This document shows positions 26,394-39,463 of a stretch of DNA of 64,000 nt, one piece after another. Each line of letters opens with the position of its first letter. Positions within the stretch are counted from its first letter, which is position 1. The position numbers and the translations under genes were made by a program. The DNA comes from Eledone cirrhosa. Its lineage: Eukaryota. A model generated the notes under the pieces. That model was not told the origin of the DNA and did not search any database. It saw only the letters and a program-made list of their open reading frames with translations. The stretch spans positions 295,988,001-296,052,000 of the forward strand of contig OZ024741.1 in the NCBI GenBank assembly GCA_964016885.1, read 5' to 3'.

Positions 26394-26527
26394 AGAAGAA
26401 GAAGAAGAAGAAGAAGAAGAAGAAGAAGAAGAAGAAGAAGAAGAAGAAGAAGAAGAAGAAGAAGAAGAAGAAGAAGAAGAAGAAGAAGAAGAAGAAGAAG
26501 AAGAAGAAGAAGAAGAAGAAGAAGAAG
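26394..26527. repeat. (GAA)n microsatellite
   Basis: Pure trinucleotide run. Confidence 0.98.
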
Positions 26528-27449
26528 GATGGTGGTAACGATGTGGATGGTAGTGATGGTGATGACGACGACGGCCATGTTGATGATGGTGTTGATGATG
26601 GTGGTGGTGACAATGATGATGATGATGATGGCAACGGTGAGAGTGATGATGAGGTTTAAGAAGTAGAAAGTGTTTTGAAGAAACGGAAACCGTTAATCCA
26701 ACGTCTGTGATTCTAAATATCATTTCATGTTTTATTTACGTCTCCAATCCATGGGCACATTACACCGCCACCAGTACTATCATACGATACACGTGACTAA
26801 CTCCAATCAATGGACAGATGCCGTCACCAGTACTATCATACAATACACGTGACTAACTCCAATCATGGACAGATGCCACCCACCCACCACCTCCCTGCTA
26901 TCGCCAATAAAGCTATACAGTACCAGCATCACCGCTACACCAACCACTCCCTCTATCATATGTGGCGAAATGATTTTGCGTCTGAATACACCACAGACAG
27001 GCAGGACCGGTGCTTGACAACTTCCCCCCTGGGGTGCAGAACTCACAGGGGCCCATTCTGGAAATGTATGTATGTATGTGCCCGTAACTCCTGGTGAAGT
27101 TGTAGGGGTTTTGTTGTGACATACGGTGTTCTGGGGGCATTTTGTAAACCTGGCAGTATCCATCTCTTCTCCGGTTCTAAACACAGCTGATTTCATCCAG
27201 AGAAGACAGGAAATAGGAAAGAGATATAAAGGAAGAATCGATACCAGTACTTTACTGGTACTTTTTTTATTGACCTTTAAAGGATTAAAGGTAAGATAAT
27301 TTGGGTGGGGTTTAAACTGAGAACGCTGAGTCGGAATAAATATTCTATTCGACGTTCTAACGACTTTACCAGTCCGTCACCTGACTGTTTTATACAAATG
27401 TAATTAAATATATAATAATTTCCTATGACCAATTCCTCGTTGTTAAGTT

Positions 27450-27631
27450 GGCAGTATCGGTAGAGGGTCGAACGTCATGCTTTGACCCATAGAGTCACGG
27501 CCCTTGCCATTCTGAGTTCAAATCCCGCCAAGGTTAACTTGGGCCTTTCATCCTTACGGGGTCGCTAAAATAAAGTACCAGTAACGCACTGGGTAATTGC
27601 TGACCTTGTGCCGAAAGTAGAAACAATTATT
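27450..27631 (+). mobile_element. Near full-length short-tail SINE
   Basis: TGGCAGTATCGGTAGAGGGTCG..GAGTTCAAATCCCGCC..AGAAACAATTATT; close copies at 50780-50972, 56318-56490(-), 61822-62003(-), 63420-63587 and 48860-49078(-). Confidence 0.85.
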
Positions 27632-27995
27632 AAGCTGAAGTGTATCAAAATTTAACGAAGATTTTTGTATAAAATAATAATAATTTTTGGGTTTTTTTTT
27701 TTTTCAGTAAATTCAAAAACTTTCAAACAAACTGATTAGAAGCTTTCAACTGGCAACAATTACACAGCACACTGTACACGGCTACCAGTCACAAACCAGT
27801 CACCAGCCTGACAGCCAGACAGCCAGACAGCCAACAATCAGTTATCAAGCCAGCCGGCCAGTCACCAATCAGCCACCTACGCAGGGCTGAACTTCCACCT
27901 GCTGAGGCCCTATACAATATAAAATTTGGGTAAAAAAAATTTTTAAATCATACATGATTATTATTTTTCTATATTAATATTAATTATAAAGAACA

Positions 27996-28070
<75 letters not shown>

Positions 28071-28075
<5 letters not shown>

Positions 28076-28787
28076 GAATAATCGAGTATCGAAAAATCGG
28101 CGCACGAGTTCACGATAAACAAAATTCGAAATGAGCGGCAGAGGGCTCAATAATTCAGATAAATCAGAGCTATAACTATCGTTAAAAACCGACACACATA
28201 GAACATGTCTAAAATCAACCATACGACCGAAAAATTAAGATCTGGAAGATTCGGGTCACTCAGATAAAATATCAATAAATCAATAAATCAAATGAATGTA
28301 AAAAGCATACCCGGACCCGCTAGAAAGATGGTAAATCTAGCTTCTTGGGTTTCTGTAAATCCTTAAATCGCCCTCTATCAGCCCACATAAAAATATATAA
28401 GACTTCTAGAAAGCGGCGGACAGGAGTTACTTTCTCAACGAGCTTTTGTCCGAACGAATAAAAAGGCACAACCCAAGTTGAAAAAACGCACATGGAATTC
28501 AACAAGGGAGATAACCTCTATATCCGCAAAAAATATTCGGGAAAATGTGGAAATTCACAAATCGAATAAGAGTGCTCAATAGACATGTTAAAATAAACAG
28601 GAGCTATTCATCATTTAATAGAATCGACAAAAAATGAACAATAAAATTAACTGGTCAATAGCTAAGTCTAGAGCTAAATATAGTAGAATAATCGAGTATC
28701 GAAAAATCGGCGCACGAGTTCACGATAAACAAAATTCGAAATGAGCGGCAGAGGGCTCAATAATTCAGATAAATCAGAGCTATAACT
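28071..28787. mobile_element. Non-coding element with identical 107-bp terminal direct repeats, in (TA)n
   Basis: 28071-28177 equals 28681-28787; a diverged partial copy at 47286-47520 has the same (TA)n junction. Confidence 0.8.
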
Positions 28788-29217
28788 TATATATATATAT
28801 CCGTATGTGGTTGGCGCCTGAGAGAAAGGAGTACTTAATACCGTAGGAGTACTTAATAAAAGTGCCACTTGGGTCCAGGTCTGTTTATATATTTATTTTG
28901 TTTGACTTGTTTTTTGGCTTAGGTGGTTAATGCCTTCTTGACCACTTTTCAGTTTGTATGGCGTTTTAACATATTGTTTAGCTCTAGTTTTTCTTAACTA
29001 TTGGAGCGCTTGCACGCATTTCTACGATTTTGCGTTTCGTTTCGCTTTTTCTACCAGCCGAAATACGATTCTCGCTGATCTGGACTGAATTAGCCGTCGA
29101 AACGGCTTGAGCTCAGCCGTCGGGGTCCTACTCGTTCCTATTACCCACTCTACTACTCTAAGTATTGAGTACTTTGGTGCGTTATGGTCCACTTGGTTCC
29201 TTACCACATTTCCTTCG

Positions 29218-29509
<292 letters not shown>

Positions 29510-29581
29510 TGTTTTTTTTATATTTCCTTCCGTGACCTTCTCTAACTACTCTTACGTATCTGTTCTCTCCTTATCCGAACT

Positions 29582-29615
29582 TTCCTGAAGAAGGACTTCT
29601 GTCCGAAACGTCGAA
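29582..29615 (+). ncRNA. Minimal hammerhead ribozyme
   Basis: TTC-CTGAAGA-A-GGAC-TTCT-GTCC-GAAA-CG-TC-GAA; stem I TTC/GAA, palindromic ACGT stem III, GUC site. Confidence 0.85.
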
Positions 29616-30273
29616 TCTTCCGCCACTTCCACCAAGCGTGAACCTACTATAACTGCGTAAAAATTGCCTCCTATTTTGTTTGTTTCATTTATTAAATGTG
29701 TGTGTGTGTTTGATGATTTAGTGTCAAAGAATAAAAACTAATGATAAAATAAAATTATATATTTTTTTTTTATGAAACCCCTAGTGTGTGTGACCCTAAG
29801 CTATAACTTATTTAGCATATAGATAAATCCAGCACGGCACCCACCAGTCTGAGCGATGTTTCACTCGCGGACAAAATGGCCAGAGACACCCGCTGTAGCA
29901 GCCACTCTAATTCCGGGAAAAAAAACATCATTCGGTACAGTTGAAATAGATGAAGTGTTAATTACGAACAATCTAACTGTTGTATCCCTTCCTCTCCACT
30001 TGAATATGTCTCGCTACTGGCGCCATTGTTGTTCACGGCTTCATTATTGTTCTATTAGTAGTGGTGTTGGTGGTGGGGTGACAGTGGCGGGGAGGGGGAG
30101 AAGGAAGGCAGTAGGGGGCGAGGGCCGTGGTTTAGGCGGAAGCTGATAGTTGGTGGGAAATAGTGTAGGGGGGGGGGGAGGGGAGAGGGGATGTCACCCA
30201 TCCCACTTTTTTTACACCAGTTCCGTCCATACCATTTAACAGAAAATTACCTAAGACACAAATATACCCCACA

Positions 30274-30317
<44 letters not shown>

Positions 30318-30628
30318 ACATAAACAGAGAAAGCCTTAAGCGATACTCCGACCAACTCCATCTCACTCAACAAACATTAGGATATACCTAAGTATTATCC
30401 CATTTTAGTGTTTAGGGTGCTAACTAATCAGTATTGCGTGGATAACTGGTTGTATTATTTTATATGAGACATTATTAAATAAATATCTCTTTCCTTCCAG
30501 ACTTTATATATATATATATACATACATACATGTATATATAGCAGTGAAAAGTCAGAAGGTTATATCCAAAGTTGGTGGAGCACTCAGTCCAAAGGACGAA
30601 TTAGTATATATATGTATGTGTATGTATG

Positions 30629-30765
<137 letters not shown>

Positions 30766-30917
30766 TGTTATGCTTTGGGAGGTTCATGTTGCCAATAAGA
30801 AACACACGCACCAGTTGCTTTCACTCCAATTTATTATAAATTAAATTTATAAATTTAAGAATTTATAAATTTCCGGTTGGTTGGTTGGTTCCACAACCGG
30901 ACGGTTGTTCATACATT

Positions 30918-30960
30918 GTCAAAGTTCTTTCGTCACACATTCTGTGACCTCTTCAGTGAC
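30918..30960 (-). ncRNA. Hammerhead ribozyme
   Basis: Minus: GTCA-CTGAAGA-G-GTCAC-AGAATGT-GTGAC-GAAA-GAAC-TT-TGAC. Confidence 0.8.
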
Positions 30961-31405
30961 TGGGGATTCTTTTCTTTGTTTTTGTGCCTTGATCTCAATA
31001 TTTAACTGATTAACTAAACATCTTATCATATTTAAACAATGGTTAAATTTCTCATATTATATATGTATATTCCATTCATGATTATTAACATTTCTAATTT
31101 TTATTTATTCATTTCATCTCAATTGTTAAGTTAACTCAACAAGATATGACTTAGAGTTTTTCGTTCTCTCTCATTTTTTCCGTCTCCTCTTTCTCTCCAT
31201 ATTTCTCTCTCTGTTTATTCTGCTCTCTCTCTTTCTCTTTCCTTCTTTATCTTTCTATTTCTCCGTAACCCAACGGCTTATTTTAAAAATATCCAATACT
31301 AATAATTAACGCTATAACTCCACTATTCGGGAGCTTCCAACAGTAATGGTTGCATTCTTTAAGGGTATGTCAATATTTATTTATAAAACTGATCTATATT
31401 ATATT

Positions 31406-31462
31406 TTATCTGATGAAAGCACACCATAATTTAACTTGGTGTCCTTGAAATATGTATAATGG
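31406..31462 (+). ncRNA. Hammerhead in the 5' pseudo-LTR
   Basis: TTAT-CTGATGA-AAG-C-ACACCA..TGGTGT-C-CTT-GAAA-TATGTA-TA-ATGG, followed by AATAAA. Confidence 0.75.
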
Positions 31463-31644
31463 AATAAATATGGTTTTATAAATATAGTTTCCATTTGTTA
31501 ATATCGTATTTTTACTCCAAATATTTGTTGAGTGCTTTATATCAGTTATAAAAATATTTGCTTGTTGTATCCCAACAATTTAAATAGAACTCTTACATAT
31601 ATTCTGCTCCTGTATTGTCGAGCGCTTTATATTATAACTGGAAA

Positions 31645-33863
31645 ATGGAATTCTGTAAGATCTCTTCTTCTCTAAAGGATATACCTTTACCTAGGAATAA
31701 AGATTTTATTAAACAATTAATAGAAAAATCAGACTCTTTTATAAGAAGAATCAGGTGGCGTGCTTTCCACTTCGATAAATCTAATCTAAATGAAAATGTC
31801 TCCAATCTGGATAAAATCTTCAAATCTAAAAAAAATCCACCCCACAACAAACTAGTAATGGATTTTGAAAATGAAATCATATCTATCATCCAAAGCATCA
31901 AATTCAAAAACAACTTCAAAGGGCAGGATTACTTAAGAAATATTAAAAATAATATTGAAAACTTGGAGAAAACGGAGAAAATTCTAGTCAAATCTGACAA
32001 AACCAATAATCTTTACGGAATACAAAAGGACACTTATAACGATCTTATATTAAAGGAATTAAGGTAGAAATACAAAGTAGCAAATAAAGACGACCTTGAA
32101 AAATTGAATACAGATGCCTCTTATATAATGCATGAACTAGGCATTGAAAATAGGACACAACCCTTCATGCCAAGGAAACCTAAGATTAATATGAAGGATC
32201 ATAAAAGGAACTTCGAAACTGATTTACCAGTCAGATTAATTGCACCATCTAAATCGGACCTTGGCAGACTTAGCAAAAATATTCTAGACAGAATAATACC
32301 ACAAATTAAAAATGTATCTTATTTAAAATTATGGAAAGGAACTAGTGAAGTTATCGATTGGTTTAAAGAAATTAAATATAATTATAATAATAAGTTTATT
32401 CAGTTGGATATTGCTAACTATTACTCATCTATCACTCCTAATCTACTGAATAAAGCACTAACTTACGCATTTAAGCATACAGACCTAACTAGCAATGAAA
32501 TGCACATTATATTATCGGCACGGAACACGTTAATAGAATTTAATAACCAACACTGGACTAGGGCAGATAGAAATAATAATTTTAATATAGCCATGGGATC
32601 ATCCGATTCCGCTCAGGTAACGGATCTTGTGGGCCTCTTTATAATTAATTCTCTACATAGGAAAATACCTGAGATAACCGGAGGTTTATATCGTGACGAC
32701 ATGCTTTTACTTATAGAAAATAATAACTGTGAACTAAATAGAAAAAGAAAACAAATTATACAATTTTTTAATTACCTTAATCTAAAAGTAGAAATAGAGA
32801 ATAACCATAAAATAGTTAACTTTCTAGATGTAACACTAAATCTTAACACATGTCTTCATTATCCATTTCACAAACTAAATAAGAACTTAAACTACGTCAA
32901 TTTTAACTCTAATCACCCAGATCCGTTAAAAATGCTATAGTGAACTCTGTACAGGAACGAATTTCGAGAATTTCAGCTAATAAGAATATATTTGATGAAA
33001 AAGCACATTATTACAACGAAGCGTTAGATAGAGCTGGGTATAGAAATAAAATTAAATACATTGATAATAATAAAAATACAACAACTAACCATAATCGTAA
33101 CAATTTTAACTATGGTAACAATTTTAACAACTATAATAGAAAACCTTATATTAATTCCGAAAGCGGAAAAAGAAATAGATCTAGGAACATATTATGGTTC
33201 GCTCCCCCTTTCTCATTAAATATTAAAACCCCTATTGCTAAACTATTTTTTAAAGCTCTTGACAAATGCTTCCCTAGAACACATAGATATTACTCAATTT
33301 TTAATAGACATACTATAAAATTAACTTATTCTTCCACCAAAAATTTAGCGCAAAATATTAATAGAATTAATAATAGAAATTTAAAACCTAACCAAAATAC
33401 CACTAATAATCCAAGCAATATCCAATTTGATAAATGTAACTGTAGAAATAAATCTAATTGTCCGTTAAATAACAATTGCTTAGCTAAAAATATAGTATAT
33501 AATTGTAATGTAAAAACTAATTTAAATTCATTTAATTATGTGGGATCCACTTCCACAGAGTTTAAATCCCGCTTCAATAACCATAAAAATTCTTTTACAG
33601 ATCCAAACAAAAAATCTTCAACTTCTCTATCTAGCCTATTATGGGACCTCAAACTAAAGAACCTTGAGTATTCGTTGATTTGGAATATTATTTCAAAAGC
33701 TACTCCTTTTAACTCCTCTTCAGAAAATTGTGATCTTTGTATAGAGGAAATATTCTTTATATTAAAGACCAAAAATTCCCTGAACTTAAGGAATAATTTA
33801 TTCAGTTGCTATAGACATAGATTAAACTCAACGTTTAAATATAAATATAAATTTAAAATATAA
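31645..33863 (+). pseudogene. PLE reverse transcriptase plus GIY-YIG endonuclease (in-frame TAG at 32065, frameshift near 32930)
   Basis: RT motifs VKSDKT, LDIANYYSSI, AMGSSDS, YRDD, FLDV; Cys linker CNC..CPL...C; IVY..YVG..R..NH endonuclease. Confidence 0.95.
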
Positions 33864-35329
33864 AATTATATAATTAATTAATTAATGTTATTGATATATT
33901 GAACCTGTCGATAAATCATTAGATTCCTTCATCCTTTTTTGAATGATTATACACTCAAGTAAAAATAACTTTTCTTCCTAAATATAAATAAATATAATTA
34001 AACTATTCTAGAGAAATATACTGAGAGCTCTTGAAGGGAGAAAATATTTCTTATATATTTTTTTTTTTTATTATTATTTGATAGCTTCTCCTATTTTCGA
34101 AAGTTTATCCTTTCAAAGTTTTTGTTTATTTTTCTTATGGATATAAAATTAAGTTAAATATACGTAGAAAATTTTCTATACTAAATATATTAAACATACT
34201 ATTATTTTGAAATTATAACTTGAAATATTCTATAATATTTTAAAGTTATATTGATTTTAAAGTTATATTGCTTATAACTATATTTCCAAATCGTAATATA
34301 GTTGTATTTTATGTACTCAATTATACTATGTACTGTATTTATATGTACTTCTCTCTATATGTGTGTACATATGTATATGTGTGTATTGACATGCATGTAC
34401 ATATGTTTTATGCGTGTATGTCTATCTGTATATATATATACGTGATGCGTATCTACCTATTTGTGAGGGTACATATGTGTATGTATATGTGGGAATTGTG
34501 TATGTACATGTGCGTGTTTATCCATACAATTCGATCGCACTTATGTATAGTGATTATCCCAAGATTCGTGACAAAAAGACATATAATAACTGCCATAAAT
34601 ACATAACAGGTAATCTTATAAAACTTATATAAATTTTGTTTAATAACATAAAGTGTGTATAACATAAAATTTCCTTTAATATCTTAACAATTTAACATTT
34701 TATAAGATTCTTATATCTTAAATTAAATTAAAGAATCCTTTATATTTTGTATGTATATGTTATATACGTAGTTAGATATGTATATGTATTTTTATAAGTG
34801 TGTATATATATTTATATGTACGTATTTTTTGCGTGTGTATACGTGTTATGTAATATATAGATCTTTAATAATATATGGATTTCTTAATATATAGATCCCA
34901 ATTTTTAATATATTGATCTCAATATTTAACTGATTAACTAAACATCTTATCATATTTAAACAATGGTTAAATTTCTCATATTATATATGCATATTCCATT
35001 CATGATTATTAACATTTCTAATTTTTATTTATTCATTTCATCTCAATTGTTAAGTTAACTCAACAAGATATGACTTAGAGTTTTTCGTTCTCTCTCATTT
35101 TTTCCGTCTCCTCTCTCTCTCCATATTTCTCTCTCTGTTTATTCTGCTCTCTCTCTCTCTCTTTCCTTCTCTATCTTTCTATTTCTCCGTAACCCAACGG
35201 CTTATTTTAAAAATATCCAATACTAATAATTAACGCTATAACTCCACTATCCGGGAGCTTCCAACAGTAATGGTTGCATTCTTTAAGGGTATGTCAATAT
35301 TTATTTATAAAACTGATCTATATTATATT

Positions 35330-35386
35330 TTATCTGATGAAAGCACACCATAATTTAACTTGTTGTCCTTGAAATATGTATAATGA
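35330..35386 (+). ncRNA. Hammerhead in the 3' pseudo-LTR
   Basis: Copy of the 31406 motif with one stem II substitution. Confidence 0.7.
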
Positions 35387-35429
35387 AATAAATATGGTTT
35401 TATAAATATAGTTTCCATTTGTTAATATC

Positions 35430-35522
<93 letters not shown>

Positions 35523-35719
35523 TATATATATACTCACACGCATATACACCCATACGTACACACAAACACACACAGAGATAAATACATAGATATATAAACA
35601 CGTGGCTAATTGTTTGCTTTTGTGTCAATCAACAGGGCAAATGGTTAAAAATAACATTATTTACGTGTCTACACTTATATGTGTGTATGTGTGGTCGGGT
35701 GGATATGCTCGTATGTGTG

Positions 35720-35943
<224 letters not shown>

Positions 35944-35978
35944 CATAAACACACATACACACACACACACACACACAC

Positions 35979-36018
<40 letters not shown>

Positions 36019-36244
36019 CACCCATGCATGATGACAATGAAACATCTACTGAATGACCACTCAATAAATTTATAAGTAGAATATAGAATTTATTTTTAAA
36101 TCACTGTTATCTATTTCCTCGTTTAAAATAATGTGTACAGTGTGTGGGTGTGTTTATGACTGCAAACGATATAATTTTTTTTTTTTCAACATCAGCTTTT
36201 TTTTTTTTTTTTAAAAACACTTTAGTCTTTATTGTGTTATATCA

Positions 36245-36490
36245 GATGAAAGAATGGTATTTAATTAATGTATTGGTACGCGATGGGACCCACCAACAGC
36301 CCCGGCGGACAGAATGGAGAAGGCGTTTCCCCGGCGGACGGCAAGGGAGACGCGCTGGAAAAGCCACTCCAACTCACGGGGCTCACACCTGCGGCTGGCC
36401 AGCTCAGCGCCTATGGTGGTGAGTAAGGAGGTAGCCCTGGGGCCGAGGACACCAGAAGTCTCCACTGCCAGGGGAACGACCGCAAACCTG
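36245..36490 (-). mobile_element. CRE-like RLE retrotransposon 3' fragment
   Basis: VETSGVLGP..L..IG..L..EWLFQRVSLAVRRGNAFSIL. Confidence 0.7.
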
Positions 36491-36799
36491 TCCCTTGTTT
36501 AAAATAATGTGTAAGGTTGTGTGGGTGTGTGTATGATAGTGTGTATGTGTGGATGTCTGCAAGTGAGTATTTATGAGTAATAGCTTTCATTTTTGACATG
36601 TATTTTATGTCAACTATGTTTTACAAACAAAAGTTATAAAATGATGGAAATATTTTTTTTAAAAAAGGATAAAAATAAAATTAAGTAAAGAAAGAACATG
36701 GGGGAAGGGGTAAAGAAGGACAGATCTAGCTGTATAGGAAAGGAGTATCTATGTCATAAATGAGAAGAAAAGGAAGGAAAGAGCAAGGACTGTTAGGCG

Positions 36800-38259
36800 A
36801 TGGAAGAAAGTGATAGGAAAGGGTCGAAGGTGACAGATTCTGTGCCTAGGTTGGGGCGGTATTTCGGCTGCACCCCGTGGACAAAACTGACATTTCTGCG
36901 GTCAATGACCGTAAACTCCTTAGAATATTTATCTTTTCTTCAATACACAGTCCACAAAACGGATTTCCCCTTGCTTTGACTTAGTGGTGGCTTTCCATTG
37001 AATGGAGTAGTCTATACCTGAGTCTTTGAGGGACCATACGTGGCTCGCGAGCTTCGTAGATGTTCGTTTGTCCGAGTACCTAAAGGTTGACTGATGGTTC
37101 AGGAAGCGTTCCTTAAATCGGCCCTCCACCATACCCACATAGGATTTGACCTCCTGTGACTGATTTGGTCGGTTGGAAGTGACCACAGCTTCATAAACTA
37201 CAGCGTGTGTGTTGCATTGCTGTTGAAGGGGATAAGCTTCAGGCTTTCGGCAAGAGCATCCTGGTGGGGTGCCGCTCTTAGGACTGTTGATGATGTGGGC
37301 CTTCATATTCTTAGCGCAGGAGTACCCTAGTTTTACTCTGTGTCTGTTAAAGATAAGGCGGTATTTGTGACCTATGGGAAAGTGCTTATCTAAGGGGGCT
37401 AAAAATGTTTTCCTACATTAGTTTTAACGTTGAGTGAGAAGGGGGGAGAGAACCAGATAGTTTGTCTATTGTTACGATTTCTTTTCTTATTGCTGTTGTT
37501 GTTAGTGGGGGAGTAAGTAATTGGTTGTGAGAAGCCGCTGTTAGCTAACGCCGTGTTATAGTAGGGTGCCGCCCTGTCAAAGATAGCCTTATTAGAGGAG
37601 AGATTAGAGAATCTAGTACTGATATTATTTACGAAGTTTCTAAAAACAGTAGGAGGGTGGCATGAGTCCTTGTGTATGTAATTAAGTTTTTCGTTTAGCT
37701 TATGGAAGGGTCTGAAGGTATGTGCACGAAGGTCTAAGAAATCTACGCTAGAGAGGTTAGTAGTTACCGTTATCCTAAGTCCTAACTCATTAAAAGTAGA
37801 AATTAAATCTTTTGCAAACAGGTCCAGGTCGTGACCACTTTTATGGCTTGATAAGGTCAGGCCATCGTCGCGGTATATTCCCGTGTGGAAGTCCAGAAAT
37901 CTAACACGTAATATGTCTAAGATAAATAAGCCAACCAAGTCGCATACGTCAGCACTGTCGAACGATCCCATGGAGTCGTCGAATAGTTCTGAAGTGGTTG
38001 ACTTCTTTGCCCACACTACTCCGTTATTGAAGAGGAGGGTTTCCCGGCAGTGTGCGATGATCTCCCTGTCTAAAACATGGACGGTAGTGTAAGTGGTAGC
38101 AAAGTCCAACGCTTTGTTTAACAGGGTAAAAATCGACGGGTAAAAATCTACAATGTCGAATTGCATGAACTTCGCTTTTTTGGAGTTAAACCACTTAATG
38201 ACGGAGTCGCTGTTCTCCCACTGGGACAGGTTGGACTTGGTTCTAATGGTTTTAACTAT

Positions 38260-38260
<1 letters not shown>
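36800..38260 (-). pseudogene. 5'-truncated PLE RT plus GIY-YIG (second subfamily)
   Basis: FDIVDFYPSI, MGSFDSADVCDLVG, YRDDG, VDFLDL, IWFSPPFS, VVY..YVG..RF.NH; truncated at the (TA)n tract 38262-38325. Confidence 0.92.
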
Positions 38261-38325
<65 letters not shown>

Positions 38326-38327
<2 letters not shown>

Positions 38328-38560
38328 GCAAAAGAGATATTTAATTTGTTGGTAATTCAACAAATATAAATGTTTAAACTGATTCAAAGCACTCGACAAG
38401 TTTTCTGGAGTATAATATTCAATGATATTAAATAAATGGAAACTATATTTATAAAACCATATTTATTCTATTATATATGTTTCAAGGGTACCAAAACTTT
38501 GGTACGCTCTCATCAGATAAAATACAAAGTTTGTTTTATAAATATTGACATACCCAGGAA
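38326..38560 (-). mobile_element. PLE pseudo-LTR/5' leader fragment with a hammerhead at 38467-38520
   Basis: Reverse complement aligns with 31360-31600; CTGATGA-GAG-C-GTACCAAA..TTTGGTAC-C-CTT-GAAA. Confidence 0.8.
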
Positions 38561-38762
38561 TAGGATCTTAACGGTTCAAGTTATTCCCGACTATCCAGAA
38601 GTTTAGAAAAATAATAAATAAGTAATTATATACATATATTACCCTTTCTCAACTAAATCTTGCACAAAATAGTTGGCATATGACTATTATGTTTTATTAT
38701 AAAAGATTAAAGTCAACAAAAAGTGAGAACAAGGTATGTGTGCGCGCGCGTATATATATATA

Positions 38763-38878
<116 letters not shown>

Positions 38879-39301
38879 TGTGTGTGTCTGTGTGTGTCTG
38901 TGTGTGTGCGTGTGTATAAATATATGTGTATACAAAGTAAAAATCGGACAGGAAAAGCGTAGATCTCATACCGGAAATCAAGTCTAAATTTCTCTTTGTT
39001 TTCCCTGATGACTTCCTCTCAACCACCCCCACACCCCCACCAACCTATCCACCTGCCTACTTACCTACCTACCTCCCTGTTTCTGCCAACACTTACCTCC
39101 TTACCTATTGCTATGTTATATACTTACAGAGCCCGATGTACACTTGGGTGTATCTCATATTTATAGTTACACACACACACAGACATACACACACACACAC
39201 TCACTCACACATATATGGAGGTGGGGTCCCAGGTTCAATCCAGGGTAACCAGAGTAAGGTACTCAATACAAATTTAATATAGAAATGGCTTCTACTAGGA
39301 A

Positions 39302-39348
39302 TTTCCTGATGATTTCCTTCGAATGAAACGGTTCTGGTCCCGTAGAAG
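39302..39348 (+). ncRNA. Hammerhead variant with U-U at the base of stem II, inside an inverted repeat (39268-39369)
   Basis: TTTC-CTGATGA-T-TTC-CTTC-GAA-T-GAAA-CGG-TTCTGGTC-CCG-TA-GAAG. Confidence 0.7.
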
Positions 39349-39368
39349 CCATTTCTATATTAAATTTG

Positions 39369-39463
<95 letters not shown>

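Larger units (their letters stand above)
30989..35433 (+). mobile_element. Nearly complete Penelope-like retroelement with direct pseudo-LTRs
   Basis: 521-bp near-identical repeats at 30989-31509 and 34913-35433 flank the RT/GIY-YIG ORF; 3' end runs into (TA)n. Confidence 0.95.

Noticed and set aside
20295-26880. Short tandem duplications (~45 bp near 20300, 30 bp near 22067, ~57 bp near 26770)
   Set aside because: Ordinary local slippage duplications with no further structure
38262-38560. Pseudo-LTR at 38326 as the native 5' end of the 36.8-38.3 kb PLE
   Set aside because: It is separated by (TA)n, the RT N-terminus is missing, and it matches the other (31 kb) family, so it is probably an independent insertion
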